A stretch of DNA of 64,000 bases, taken from contig NC_134029.1 in the NCBI RefSeq assembly GCF_964204645.1, forward strand, positions 3,720,001-3,784,000. The letters are read 5' to 3'. Origin of the DNA: Tubulanus polymorphus (lineage: Eukaryota; Animalia; Nemertea). A program made the translations under genes and the position numbers. Shown piece by piece: positions 1 to 28,000 of the stretch; the stretch's first letter is position 1; the number at the start of each line of letters is the position of its first letter. The notes under the pieces were generated by a model. The model had not been told where the DNA came from. It was given only the letters and a program-made list of their open reading frames with translations, and made no database searches.

Positions 1-580
1 AATCACGTGTTCAATAAAGGTACTAATGCTCAGCAACTTGTCGTAGTTATATATCACTCATGACGGGGATCAAGTTCACAGGCGGCATCTTAGTCTTCGC
101 GGTGCCATTTGGTGCGCGGTCATTTGACAAAAAACGGATGGATTCCGGGTAAATTGCGTCGTCGGAACTTGATATTCAGAGCATGGGACATTAATTAATG
201 TCTACAAAGCCACAACTGCGGTGGTCATGTAAATCCATACCGCCTATTTTCTTTCGTGACTTTTGAATAAAAAACTTGTCAATCAGTTCTGAAACTTTAC
301 CCGGTATTGTAAATTGCTTTCGATGAATTTTGATAGGTTTTAGAAAAAAACAGCAATTTCGCGATTTCAGCAATAACGCGACGCGTAATCGTAAACTGAT
401 TGAGATTCTAATGACTTTTTTCGTACCCCCAACGTCGAGAATGGGTTAATTAAGTTCTTCTCTCATTTCAGGTCGAACTCGCTGATTCACAGGGACGAAC
501 ATTTCGTCAAACAGATTCAGGAATCGCGATTTGTGACGGTATTCGCGAATCAGACTTCACACCAGGCAATCAACTCCACA

Positions 581-1693
581 ATGGCGTCGATACTCGACAT
601 AATCTCGCCGGACCCGATTAAACCGACTTCGTGGAACAGCAGCCAAACCGACGGTAACTATTCATCTCGGAATATGATGGCGTTTCAAGTAGGTGTCGAG
701 AGGATTATCGTGCCGGTTATTTTCTCTCTAGTGATTGTTTTCGGTAGTATCGGGAATATGTTGGTCATTTTCGTCGTGATCAGGAATAAAAACCACCAGC
801 GTAACACGACGAACATGTTCATTCTGAACCTATCAGTGGCTGACTTGACGTTTTTGGTATTTTGCGTTCCATTTCATACGGCCGTGTACGCGTTACCGCA
901 ATGGCCTTTCGGTCAGTTCATGTGTAAATTTGTGCATCTGGTTCAATATTCGAGTATGATCACGAGTGTTTTTACACTAGTCGCCATGTCTACCGACCGT
1001 TACCTGGCCGTGGCGCATCCCCTATTAACGAAACACATTCGTACTCCGAGAAAAGCCTTCATAACTATCGTCATTATTTGGATCCTTGCGTTGGCAATGG
1101 CTACGCCTTGGCCGATATACTACTACGTGAAAGTCTACACTAACTTCGGCCCGCAACCGTTGTCAATTTGCGCCGATAATTGGGGATCTTTAAAACGGCG
1201 ACAAATATATTTTCTGTTTTTGTTTTTATTCGCGTACGCCATACCACTGGTAACTATCACCATTTTCACGACGTTGATGGTTAAACAACTGTGGTCTATC
1301 GAGCACCCGGAGCCAAACTACCGCGGCCATCTGAAAACGAAGCGTAGAGTTACTTTAATGGTTATTATTATGGTGATAGCATTCCTCGTTTGTTGGTTTC
1401 CTTATCATCTAACTTGGATGTGGCTGAGTTTCTTCCGAAATTCATGGGATCGGTCAAAGAAGTTCTACTCGCTGCAGGTGTTCTCGCACGTTTTGTCGTA
1501 CGCAAATAGCAGCATGAACCCGATCATTTATGCCTTTTTATCGGTGAATTTTCGCCGCGGATTCCGGCGGGCCTGTCGCCACGGCAGCGACCAGGTTCGC
1601 TCTAATAAGTACAGCGTCACAAATACAGACAACACGGCTCTCGTCAATCTGCAGCACAATAATCATCACGATAACCACCATCATCTCAGATGA
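581..1693 (+). CDS. Class A neuropeptide GPCR, galanin / allatostatin-A receptor family, intronless CDS
   Basis: Seven hydrophobic segments with GN (TM1), LSVAD...CVPF (TM2), MSTDRY, CWFPYH and NSSMNPIIYAFLS. First ATG is at 581 (the track start is a GTG). A splice acceptor ttctctcatttcag ending at 471 suggests an upstream 5'UTR exon. Confidence 0.9.
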   Translation: MASILDIISPDPIKPTSWNSSQTDGNYSSRNMMAFQVGVERIIVPVIFSLVIVFGSIGNMLVIFVVIRNKNHQRNTTNMFILNLSVADLTFLVFCVPFHTAVYALPQWPFGQFMCKFVHLVQYSSMITSVFTLVAMSTDRYLAVAHPLLTKHIRTPRKAFITIVIIWILALAMATPWPIYYYVKVYTNFGPQPLSICADNWGSLKRRQIYFLFLFLFAYAIPLVTITIFTTLMVKQLWSIEHPEPNYRGHLKTKRRVTLMVIIMVIAFLVCWFPYHLTWMWLSFFRNSWDRSKKFYSLQVFSHVLSYANSSMNPIIYAFLSVNFRRGFRRACRHGSDQVRSNKYSVTNTDNTALVNLQHNNHHDNHHHLR

Positions 1694-3390
1694 TAAATCG
1701 TGACGTCAAAAAGACGACATAACCCGTGTACATAGAATGAACAAGCCGTTATGAAGACTAACATCATATATATTCATGTATGATCCGGCTTTCCAACTAT
1801 TTTGCCATAAAGGCTTTATTGGCCGCGCTCAAAATTGCATCTTTATGAATTCGTATTGACGATAGTGAAATTATATGGAAAAATGTTGAAATAGGCACAT
1901 TGGGCCACGCCGCGCCTTAACACGGATATTCTTCTTTAGAAGACCGACAAAATACCATATAATTCCACAATATTTACACATTATAATGTCCTGTAATTGT
2001 CTTCTTAACCAACTGAGTACAAATAGGGTATGTTTGTAACTATTCTGAATCGAAGTCAGAGAAAAGCAGGGGCTTTTAGACCACACCGCTTTGGTTCTTG
2101 TGACACGGTTCTGTCGATGAAAGCGACATGGCCAGAACTATTCTGGCGTTATTCTTACACACAAACGAACTCCTGGGTGGATTTATGTTTTCCCGAGTTA
2201 CACGGGAGTCGTGACATATGGATACGGCCGCCGAGTGTCGAAGCGATTTCCTTTCAACCAAGGACAAGAACCTTCACAACCAGAGAATATCTCCCCTGCG
2301 AATCGATAAAAAGCGGAATTAACTGAATGACATTGTGTTCACTAACTCATCATGGAAAACCCATTACCGAATAGACAGTTTTCAATGTGATCTATCTATC
2401 AGTAAAATTTCGTTCCACAGGCAGGCTTCTCTGTTTACCGGTACTCTTTTTCAACCCAAACTCAAACTCACCCGCTTATATTCTGTTTCTTCTTTTTTCA
2501 ACCAAACAGGGAGAGGATCATACTCATGTTCACTATAATTACTGGTAACGATCTTAGGTAAAAAATCAATATATTCATCGGTATGAATTATATATTATCA
2601 AAATAAATGTATCACAAAACGAATGAATAAAATGTTGTTATATTTCAAAGATGTCCTTTGTTTTTTCTGTGTCGGTCGTTTCTTTGTCATGGGACGAGTA
2701 AATTCACTAATACTGACCTATCTCAGATACATCAGAGATACTTCTGAATAATATCAAATCGCTGATCCGGGCATCGTTTGGCCTACATTAAGGAAGATAG
2801 ATGGTGTACTGCATCGCAAAATCAAAAGCGCTCGGTTGCAAACCGAACTCTGGCAAGTGAGGGTGGTTCAGCGGTCATTACACTATAATCCGAAAGATGG
2901 CGTACACGTCTCCACGTGTAACATTGTCATGAGAGATGCTGAAACATGCTGAACAGAAGCAACAAAACTAATCCAAACCTGGAACACTGAAAGACTAATC
3001 TCGATAATGTTTCCTTAAAAACAACACGAACGAACCAGATAGAAACATCTGTAGTATATTCATATCTTTACAATGAAATTTTCATGTGAAGCCTACAGAA
3101 CAGGCATATCATACAATACATGTGCAATAACGTAAATATTATCCCAAATTCTACAATCAAGTTCAAAATATGGAATTTAAGGTTCGAATCGACAAGAGCA
3201 CAGTCAGTGTACTTTGCAGTTGGAATCAAATCAGAAAAGTTCATCTTTAAATAGAGTCAAACTCGCTTAAGTCGTCACAATTTCAACGACTTATCTGAAG
3301 GACAACACTATGTAAATTGTACTCGATAGCAACGACTTGTGGCGACTTAAATCCAAGTTTGACAGTAGAAAATGTCAATCAATCAAAATT

Positions 3391-4506
3391 TTACATGTCT
3401 TCATCATCGGAATCATCGGATTCTTCCATCGAAACCTTCGCGTATTTCTCAGCTTCGAGATGTACGTCAGCCGGTACGAGTTGATGTCTACCGTCGGTGT
3501 CGGCTCCGACCCAACTTAATTCCAGTTCGAAATGCTTATCCTTCACTTCGTCGTGAACCGTATAAATAATCTTCGCCGCTTCCTTAATTAGATCTTTCAT
3601 CGACATATCCTTCATCTTGATTTTCTCGATTTCCGTTTTCGCCGCCTGTTTCGCTTTGCCGATCGCGCAGCCCCAATAACCGTGCGACACGCCTGACGGA
3701 TCGATCAGGTATAATTGGGCGCCGTCTGTCTCGTCATAGGAGGCGAGCAGCGTCCCGACTCCGAACGGACGTACCGAGCTGTACAACGTACATGAATGCA
3801 CGTACATCGAAACGCGCTCGACGAGATGCTTCAGAGGAACGGGACCGCCGAAATTCGATCGGTAATTAGCGGCCTCCTCGCGCGCCGATTCCGCTAGATG
3901 GCGTGAATCGGCTAATAGTCCGGCTACAGCCATACCGACGTGTGTATCGATATGAAATATACGTTTATTCGAACCGGCTTCGTACAACTTCGACGTGACT
4001 AATTTCTCAACGGCGAAAACGATACCATCTTTACCTGGAATAAAGAGAACAATCAAATTAGATTCGCTTAAAGAACAAATATAGTTCAGGTGTTTCCTAG
4101 ATAACCAAAACCCTAAGTACCTCAATCAGTACCACTAGTCTCATAATACATCTCGGTTATAGGAGGACCCGATTGTTGATGCCCCAAAACCACTTTATGA
4201 AATCCGAAATTTACCCAGAGAGCCTGCGGCACACCTCTGCTCTGCCTCTGGTCACACCTATGTTTTGTTCAAATCCTACTCAATTTAGTTAAACCTTATA
4301 AGCTCTTCGTTTTACTAGAGGTTACTAAAACACCATTCAATAATCAATTCAATTACAAGTCATTATTATTATTGGTGCTTACCGCGAATAGCGACTGCTG
4401 TGCCGCTGTTTTCAACCGCTTTCTGCGCGTATTCAACCTGAAATACGCGGCCGTCGGGAGAGAATTGAGAGGCAGAAAGATCGTAACCCGCTCCGATTGA
4501 CGACAT
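3391..4506 (-). CDS. PSMA3: Proteasome subunit alpha type-3 (alpha7), 2 coding exons, 255 aa
   Basis: Exon 1 4506-4383 ([41 protein letters not shown], donor GTAAG) joins in phase 1 to exon 2 4034-3391 ([19 protein letters not shown]...ELELSWV...acidic tail [11 protein letters not shown]). Confidence 0.97.
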
Positions 4507-4974
4507 GATCGCTTTCTTTCACAGAATTAGTAAAATTAACTCGAATTTTTCGTCAAGTCACGAAATTTATACCGGGTCTAGTTTGGCTAATGTTGACAGT
4601 CGAAAACGGGGTGGCTCCGGAAATATCAACGATGCCGAACATATTTTGGCGATCTTTCGACTTATCATTTTCATTCATCTTCTTTTTACCCTCCGACTTA
4701 TGTTTTGAGGGCATTTCTATTCACCGCTTATGGAAATTAAGCAAACATATGATGGATAGGTTTACGACGCAGCGATATCAATAAATGATAATTTGAATTC
4801 GTACCGAGAACACAGAGAGGACTGAGCAACATGTTACACACGGTCACAGCGACACCTAACGCCAATATAATGAACTATTTGACAGCTCCAGTACTACTGT
4901 GATTAATTGTCGCTAGGCACAGTGTAAACTGTGACTATCGTGCTGGAAATACTCTCACTCGGATACAAATTACA

Positions 4975-15641
<10,667 letters not shown>

Positions 15642-18197
15642 TGACCTCGTCGAACTGTAAACAGAATGTGGGACAAAGCATTATTCACTGTGGGGGCCAA
15701 AAAAATTAAAGTACATATGGTACACATCTGAGGGAGGGTTACAGATATGCTTAAAATTGCGCACATGGGGGTGTTGAAAATCGGCAATATTTCGCTTACG
15801 TAAATAGTACGATGGCCCGACTGAGAGAATGATAATCGTACTCGGTTCAACCAGTTTTGAACATTCTCAATACAAGTATTAAACCAACGAGAACGTTTCT
15901 TGCTTCTAGCTCGAGATGAGGGATTGATTATGGCTTGATTATTGAAATGGAATCTTTTCTGAGACAGGTTCATTTATATAGACACGTATATGTTTAAATG
16001 TCTGTGATTAGTGTATTAAAAATTGATGTCAAATATTACCATATATGTGCGATTGTAATTACAGTCAAATGCGCATAAATCGTAGCTCTCGGGACCTAGT
16101 GAATTTATACGTCTTACATCAGCTATGAGTTGTACATAAGTTAGATTTTTACTGAAATCGTAAAATGTACTTGTGAGAACATGAAACTTACTTATTGAGT
16201 GAACCAGTATTTCTTCTGTTACATTTTAGTGATTTTGTTAAGAACATGCCATCGTTCCTGTGATCCAGAAAGTGTTGTCAGCGATAGATAGAGGCCATAA
16301 TTACCATTCTTTCCCGTAATTTCGAAAATTTCAGTTTTTTCAATCAGAAAGTGGACCCCGTGACTTAGCAAATTAGATTTATAGGGGACAAAGGGAATTG
16401 GGTCATCCAATGCTAGTGTGACTCTTAAAAACTACGATTTAAGGGACAGATACGCATTTTGAAGAGGAAAAACTGTATTTTAAGATTCATTCGACCTACC
16501 TAGGTGATTATTTGAATTGAAACATAAAGATTTATGCGAGTTTGGCTGTATTAGTGTTATTATCGGTATATATTGATTTATTGTGATCTATCTTTGAAAG
16601 GATTATGCCTTTTTTGCTCATTCCGACCCTTATTTACATGTTGGGTTTTATATTTATATAGATCATGTTTATTTTATGTTGTTTTATATCTACACTCTCA
16701 TCCCCTATTTTAGATATGATACGTGTAATCAAATATATATTGTATCGATGTTATTTGTATAGAGATTTTTTGATGAATTTTTGTAGTGTGACCATCATTT
16801 TCCATTTCTTAAAACCTTCCATCTTCTAATAGATTCTACTTATATGCTGAGTACCCAGTTCCAGTTGGGAGGTGAAATTTGACTCTTAAATTAAATATTT
16901 GAGAATGAACTGATTTTAACTCCACGAAAACTGTACTTTATTTCTGAACAAGGGTCTTAGACCTAGTTCCACAGTTTCTGGTTTTACTCTCGCATCAAAA
17001 TGTTGGAAATAAACTGATTTTTGATAACTCTTAGAAAACCATGGACTTCAAAAAGAAAGAATTCGCTTTGAAGTCTTTGGTCAAACTTAACCGAGGACAG
17101 TGCCACCGGATCCAGGTTTATTATATTCGACTGCTTCTATATCTTTCCATTTGTTATTGCTTCCTTGTAGATTTTTGTATACAAAGACTGACATATTTTT
17201 TTCCCATATTTTGGAAACTTGAGCTATGTTTTTTGTTCAATATTTACTGCTACTGGAAATGAGTTTTTTTTTTGTTTCAATCCATGATGTATGTACGTAG
17301 TGGACTGTGATAATTTTCAACACAAATACATGTTTTATGTAATGTGATCATTGTTCAATATGCCAACGAATAAATAATTAATTAACTGTTAAGAAAAGTC
17401 TTTATCTTAATTTTCTATCTTGGTAATAGAGATATTTTGTATCAACGCATTAAGGGAACAGCATCCACGTTTCAAAGAGCAGGAAAGCAACTAAATTAAA
17501 GATTATTGGTTAATAAATGATAGCGTATTTATATTTATCATAATAAGTCTATAGGATACATACAGCTGACAATAAGCACATAAAGAGTCGGATTGATGAA
17601 CTGAAATTTTCACATTTCTTTGCATCATTACATTCTCATATTTTTCAACAAAAGATACCGGGATTTTTCACGTCAAGGTATAAAGTGGCCACTGCCCTCG
17701 AAAACTCAGGGAATCAGATCTAGATCTAGAAAAGATTCAAGGAATACTCGGAAAATTGACAGATTTTACCAAAAACTCAGGAGATTTGTAAATGGGCAGA
17801 AAGCGGCCACCCTGAGGTACATGTACAATAACAATACGTTAGCGGTTACTGATCACAATCTGGACAAAGTAAAATGTCATTTTATTGGTAAAGTCTAGTT
17901 TTCACCTGGATTCAGTGCCAGGTTGATTACTTCAATTGAGTGAAGACCGAAGATCCTAGTGACGTAAAGCCAAACAAAACAACAAACAAACAAACTTAAG
18001 TGTTAACACTTCTTGAGCATAAATTCTGGTATGAAAAGGAGATAAAGATATTAAGACAGACACAATTCTTGAATTTTTCGTATTTAACCATTTTTCAAGA
18101 GAAAGCACTAATACTAGTCCCAAGTGTGAAACAGAAAGAACTGCAGTTCCCACATTTTTAATTATATCTTATATGAAATATTATAGCACATTTTCGA

Positions 18198-21562
<3,365 letters not shown>

Positions 21563-22004
21563 TTCACCGAAGTTCACCGGCTATATTTGTCTTGAAAGCG
21601 AAAATCGGTTTGGTAAATAGACGAAAACCAAATAAAACAAAATTGTTTATGTCTAGCTGTATCAATGGATTTGGACTGGTTGTCGGTGCTAAATCTATGG
21701 ATCTGGCTAAGGACACCGTGCAATTCTCTTCCGAAGCCAAATCCGCGTTCTAGGCATGCGGGAGAACTGTCATTTCCGGGTTTGTGGGCTAGCAGGTTTG
21801 TTTATTGGCTCCGAACCGCTGGATTTTACGCCTCTGTGATTTTTACAGGTGATTAAAAGCGTCTTCTTTAAAACAGCGGAATAAATTGTTCAAGTCGACG
21901 TCACCGTCGGATTAACCCACCCTATATAGAATTCAAAGAGAAGCGGAAATTTCTTTTGATTTCATCATTGCTATCGTCGTCGCGAGGAGGTCGAGAACGT
22001 CGTC

Positions 22005-25000
22005 ATGTCGATTGCAGGTCTTCGAAAACAGTTCAATAAAGCCAATCAGGTAATTGATTTGCTTCAGAAATTCCCCGTCTTGCTTTTTATTGTGCGTTAT
22101 GTTGAAGATTAAGTAAAAATCCATTGCCTCGCTTGCCGATACTACACTTTTTATTTGTTTAAAATTGATTTTGATATCATGGATGTGGATATTTTGCCAA
22201 TATGCAGCATTCTAACTAAACTAATAGAAATAATTATGACATTTTTTTATTAGAGGCCAGTTGCTAAGAGTTACTAAAGTTGACAAGAGTTAACCAATGG
22301 ATAGTTGATGTAAGCCTGGTGACAATTAAAAGTTCATTGTTACTATGGTATTTATCCACCAGTTATCTTTAACCAACTTTAAAGCAATTGGCCCCAGAGG
22401 GTTTGGTTTAGGTTTAGGATCCTGAGGATGAGATGCTATCTATATATTGGCCCGGGCTTGAAAACTGCCCTCATCTGAACGAACCATTGGCAAAATAGCA
22501 TTAACTGGAATAGGCCTAATGCTGCATTGGCAAATCATTGCTTGCCTATATCATTATTAGGGCATTGGACGGATTGAGTGGTCAGTAACCTAAATGTGGT
22601 TATTTTCTATCAGATATTTGCATTATTAGCTTAAACTAAAAATCAACATAACCAATGGGACATTAGCACTTACAATTAATTCTTCCTAGTCAAAAGCATT
22701 AAGGTATGTTTGATAGTGCAGGGTTAGGATTTATAAGGGTTTGATGCATAGGCCTGCCTCTGCAGAGACTGTCAAATTCTGATTAGTTATTGAGAGATGA
22801 CCTTCTCGCGATTCAAATAATCGTTATTTCGGTGGGGATAATTGTGGAATTAAAATGGCTGTGGTTGTCCCCAGTCTGCATTACTGGCTGTATGTAGTAT
22901 TGATTGATTGATTGATTGATTTTTCTGCTGATGTATTCACTCGTATACATGTTTGTGTTGTATGCGCGTGGACTCATAGAGAACGGGCAATGCGTTATCT
23001 CGCCACTCCAGATACGTACATACCGGCAGTCACCCATTCATGACAAAATACTCAATCAGTAGTTTATTAGCGTTCATTCATTCATTCATTCATTAAACAT
23101 ACACAGTTCCAATCATAACCCGCAGGACCGCAAAAACTCATTCATTTATTCCAACAACTATACTATTTTGTCTGATAGTAATTCAGTCGGGTAAGCTCTT
23201 GGAAATGGTTTTTACTTGTTTGAAAAATTTATTGTTGCGCTTTTTGAGATCGATTGAATTTTCTTTTTTCAGTATGTCAGCGAAAAAATTGGCGGAGCGA
23301 AAGGAACTGAATTGGAGGATGATTTTCTGGAGATGGAACGGGTAAGATAAGTATTGAGATGGCGAAAGCTGCCATTTTAAATTAGATTCAAATAAACTAC
23401 AATTGCGCAAGCATTTTTCAATCATTCACATTGATGCCAATTGCGCTTGTTCCTGTTTAACACGGGCCAAATTTGACTTTGGTCAGTCCGTCCAGTCATT
23501 CTGAATCAGGTTCATGTCGTTCTTTTGTAGAAAATCGATGTCATGACAGACTTTGTCGACAAAATCATCAATCAGACTCATGAGTTTTTACAACCAAATC
23601 CAGGTAACAATATTTTCTAGGCCTATCGGCAGAAATTCTTTAAAGAACCTAGCTCTATCTACTAATATGTAAACCAGGGGCCTGTTGCACAGTCGTGACT
23701 TAAGTCCAAAAGTGTTCTTAAATCTTAAGACTGGTCTTAAGTTGTGAGATTGGCTATAGAACTAAGTTAGTCTTAGACTGGTCTTAAGTCTAAGCCATGA
23801 CTATGCAACCGGCCCCAGGCTATCATAATCCATCTTCGCATGATTCTCTATCACCGCATGGAGGAACATGATTCATATTTACGATGTATATTTAACCAAA
23901 AAATTACTCACTCAAGGTATCTCTCCCCTTCAAATTAAACACTAGTCATGAAGTTTTTTGCTATGTCTCAACTTAATATAATTTTGATCCATTTATTACA
24001 TTAATAGGATCAGGTAAGATCAAAATATGTGAAAACAATTTAGCTTAGAGATGTGCGAAAGACGATTCACGTACGTTCGTAGCTTTGGGTGAATTTAGAT
24101 TTTTTTCGTTTTTAGGGTAGAGGTATCTTGAATTGAAATGATTGGGTTTCTTTTATCATTCATTGATTTAATTAGGGTTATTTTATAACATCTACAAATT
24201 GCACACATAGGTAATTAGGGTTTAACATTGTGATGTTTTAGTAATTTCTATTCAAATAATATTTACCATTCCAATAGCCTATTAGGAAAAATTTAGAAAT
24301 AGCCCATACTTCACTGCATGTTAGGCCTTTTTCAATTGCTTGGAGTACGGGGGAAAAGAAAACAGACTTTTGAAAATCAAAGGGGTCATGAAAAAAGTTT
24401 CAAATTTTGGAAGTACTATGGAAAAAATTTTTTAGAATGAAAATTGTTTTCAATTGAATTCAAATGATGGAGAAACAAAGAAAAGTAACTTTTTGCAAAT
24501 TAATAGATCAAAAGTATCGAGAAAATATGTTGTTGTTTTTTTTCAAAATCTTGTTGAAAACCCAATGGAGACTAAAAAGTGATTTCTTGGGACGATACGT
24601 TTTGGAGATTTCTGGGCGACAGATCTGTACTCCAAGTAATTTAAAAAAGAAAGCCTTGTCTAGATTTTTGCATGATATCAAGCAATTTTAACCCACAGCT
24701 GATTGATAATTTATGAAATGCAAGTGAGATGCTCGTATATCAGTACAAGTTTCTAGCATATTCTTTGCAAGATGATTTATTAAAGCACTTTAGCAATGAG
24801 AAGCTCCTTTGCTGCCTCAGCACGGAATGCATGCATCACGACCCATCATCTCAATAGAAATGAACGACAATCATTCATTATTTGACGTTATCGATGCAGC
24901 GGAGCTTGTTACAGACTAAACCGAGGTTCTTCATCTTATTCTATCGATCAATGTTCAATTATACATATCTATATATGTGATGTTCCTCACCCCCGCAATT

Positions 25001-28000
25001 ATACATGCGATATACGCACGACAAACAATAGTCTTCAGAAATCTAATTCCATTTCATTCTTAAATCAATGTATTTCTGAGCAGAGATGAGTACACGTAGT
25101 ATATATCTGTGGCTCTGACACGGACAAGGCGAATATATCCTCGATGAAATCTATACCAGGGTTCTGTCTGTCAACGATATCCATGGCCATATCTTAACCA
25201 GGGTTCTGACTAGTATATCCCTGACCGAATTCGGGCCAGTGTTCTAACAAGATTATGCCTAGCAAAATCTATACCAGGGTTCTGTCTGTCAACGATATCC
25301 ATGGCCATATCTTAACCAGGGTTCTGACTAGTATATCCCTGACCGAATTTCGAGCCAGTGTTCTAACAAGATTATGCCGAGCAAAATCTGTGCCAGGGTT
25401 CTGATAACGAGGATCTCCGTGACAATATCTAACCAGGGTTCCGTAAAGAATATCCCTGACCTAATCCGTACCGGGGTCTCGTCAAGATTATACCGGGCCA
25501 AATCAAAATACCTTTGATTACATCGATTGATATGTGTAAGCTGTATGAATGTTCACAATTAATAATTAACGATCGGTTAATGTGGTGTTTACTAGACCTA
25601 TCAATTGATCATAAATTCATCGAAGCCTTATTTGTATTTATATATGTGTATACCTGTACTGTATATATTTGTGCTAACAGGTCACTGGAAAATGGACTAA
25701 CAACAGTTCAATATTCAATATTAGCCTAACACGTACTTAGCAAACCTCGAATGGTTTTAAGATAAGCTGTTCGTTTTTAATTGAGTTGTTATCTTATCTG
25801 GCCTCGTGTAAAAACATCGAACAAAAGTGTCTCGTGTGATATGGACTGATTTTATCACGACGCCTCAAGACTTTGTTGTATGCTTTTAAGTATTGGCGAG
25901 TAATGTTGAAGCACCTTTTTTTAAACTGAGGCATTTGCCTCGGTGTCAGTCTCAGCAAGGTTAATACTATGGCTGTGGACAAAATTCACTTAATGTTTTG
26001 GGTTGGTTAAAAAAAACAGCGATTTAAGAAAATACATCCTTGTAATAAAACAATATTTGACGAAGAATTTGAAACCATGTTGGCCCTACATGTACTCCAG
26101 GGTTCTTATGGATCAGGGAAAATTTGCGAATTTTTCTGACATTCTTGAAAATCAGGAAGAAGTGGGGGAATTTGAATTTTTGGTGGACTGTTGTTCTTTT
26201 TGGTGACAAGTGGCAAAATGAGCAAACTTCTTGACAAGTAACTGCACCAAGAGGGGATATCATATAATTCAGCGAATGTTTGGTCATAGGTCAGGGAAAT
26301 GTTGGGGGATTTGGGATTTCGTGATCTGTAAGGACCCTGGTTCTCGGCGAACCTATGCCGAAGTTCTATATTCAGTATGTTAGTTTTATATCAATACATG
26401 TTTTATTGTCAGGACTGTTATTGATTATTTCTCAATACACAGTAGAATTAACCCATTTATTCACAGCTGTTCTTTAATCTCAATCGATTTAAAAACTACT
26501 TATTCTGAACTCGTTCCATAAAATGGACTTAATCCTGTTTAAGTGTGCAGCTACTTGGCAACAACTGAAAATAAAGAAGTTATCTTTCCCTTTTATGAAA
26601 ATGAGCACCACTCATTATTTTACCCAAGGATCATTCCAATGATGGGAAAAGGCGGCTCCAGAGCCTTTAAGACTAATTTCAAAAGATCAAATTAAATCCA
26701 AAACATATCTCCAGATTTAAGACTTATGTTAGCTGGTTTTAGTGTCACAATAAGCATAGCCTGTCATTGATAGCCTACATGGAACGAAACTAAACTAAAA
26801 TCCGATGGTTGTTTTTTCAGGTCACAGAGTGAAACTGGCGACGATGAGCGCTTATCAGAAAATGCGCGGTCAAGCGCGAAGTCTTCAATATCCACAACCA
26901 GAAGCAGTAATGGCTGAAACTATGAACAAAACCGGTTCCGAATTCAATGATACTTCTCCATTCGGTATGTTTCAAAAATAAATGGGTTTGAGCTTGGCAA
27001 AAAATTGTTGGGTCTACTATATTTTGTGAGTAATTTTCTAGTGATGTTTACTTGTTTAGTACCGCTCTTTGTTTGAGTGTAGGAAATAGCAACTTGACCA
27101 ACATTATAGATATTTTACTGAGGAGGCAGGATGTAGCAGTGGAAGTACTTACCTGACCTATAAATGGGTTGAATGATTGATGATATTTTATTAGTCCACC
27201 GGGTCTGACTGCTGCTCTGGGACTCTTTGAATCGCATTGATCCAATTTTAAGATGACCAAAAGCGGGGATCAGATCGATGTGAAAAATAGATGAAGTTTA
27301 AGAAATTTCATTTGAATCTGTCCTGATTTTGATCAGCAACAGCTAATGTTATTGTACCTTGACCTGAACAGATCTGAAAAACATGAAAAATCCTGGTTTC
27401 TTTTTCTTGTGAAAAAATCTGACAAAGGCATAAGGATGTGAAAAATGTGAAAATTGCAAAGTTCATTGATCCGACCCCTTTGAAAGTAGAAGAGTCGATC
27501 ATTCCTGTCGAATATTCATTAAAGATTTGTATATTTTGTGTTGTAGCGATGTCGTTAGCGGAGGCTGGTGAATCGTACAAACAGCTCGCTGATATCAAAT
27601 ACTCCCTCGAAGACAACGTCAAACAGAACTTCCTCGAACCATTACAACATTTAGCGACGAAAGACCTAAAAGAAGTTGCTGTAAGTTTCTACGTAGATTA
27701 TCACATTCATGCATCGTAGGTTGGCTTTTCCGGTCCATTTGTGGCATTTTTAATTTCTTTTTCATCAGTAGAAAATTTTGGATAGATTTTAAGTTTGAGC
27801 ATAGACAATACAAAAAGGAATGTCTATTGATTTTGTGTGGAGCGGATGCTTGTTTTTTTGTCGCTGCTTGCGGCTTCGATGCTGCAACGAAGTCATGTAC
27901 GCCTATATTAATCAAGCGAAAACTGTTGCCAGACAAAAACGACAGACGGACAATCCGGCCGGCCGCGAACCCTCTGTTTAGATGATACACAATATCTGAC

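Noticed and set aside
25147-25504. Regularly spaced ccagggttctg motifs resembling a CRISPR array
   Set aside because: The 'spacers' are themselves repeated at ~120-bp period, the context is a eukaryotic intron, and there are no cas genes.
25794-25982. 62-aa minus-strand ORF as a further exon of the nested gene
   Set aside because: The nested ORF already stops at 28861, and no compatible junction was found.
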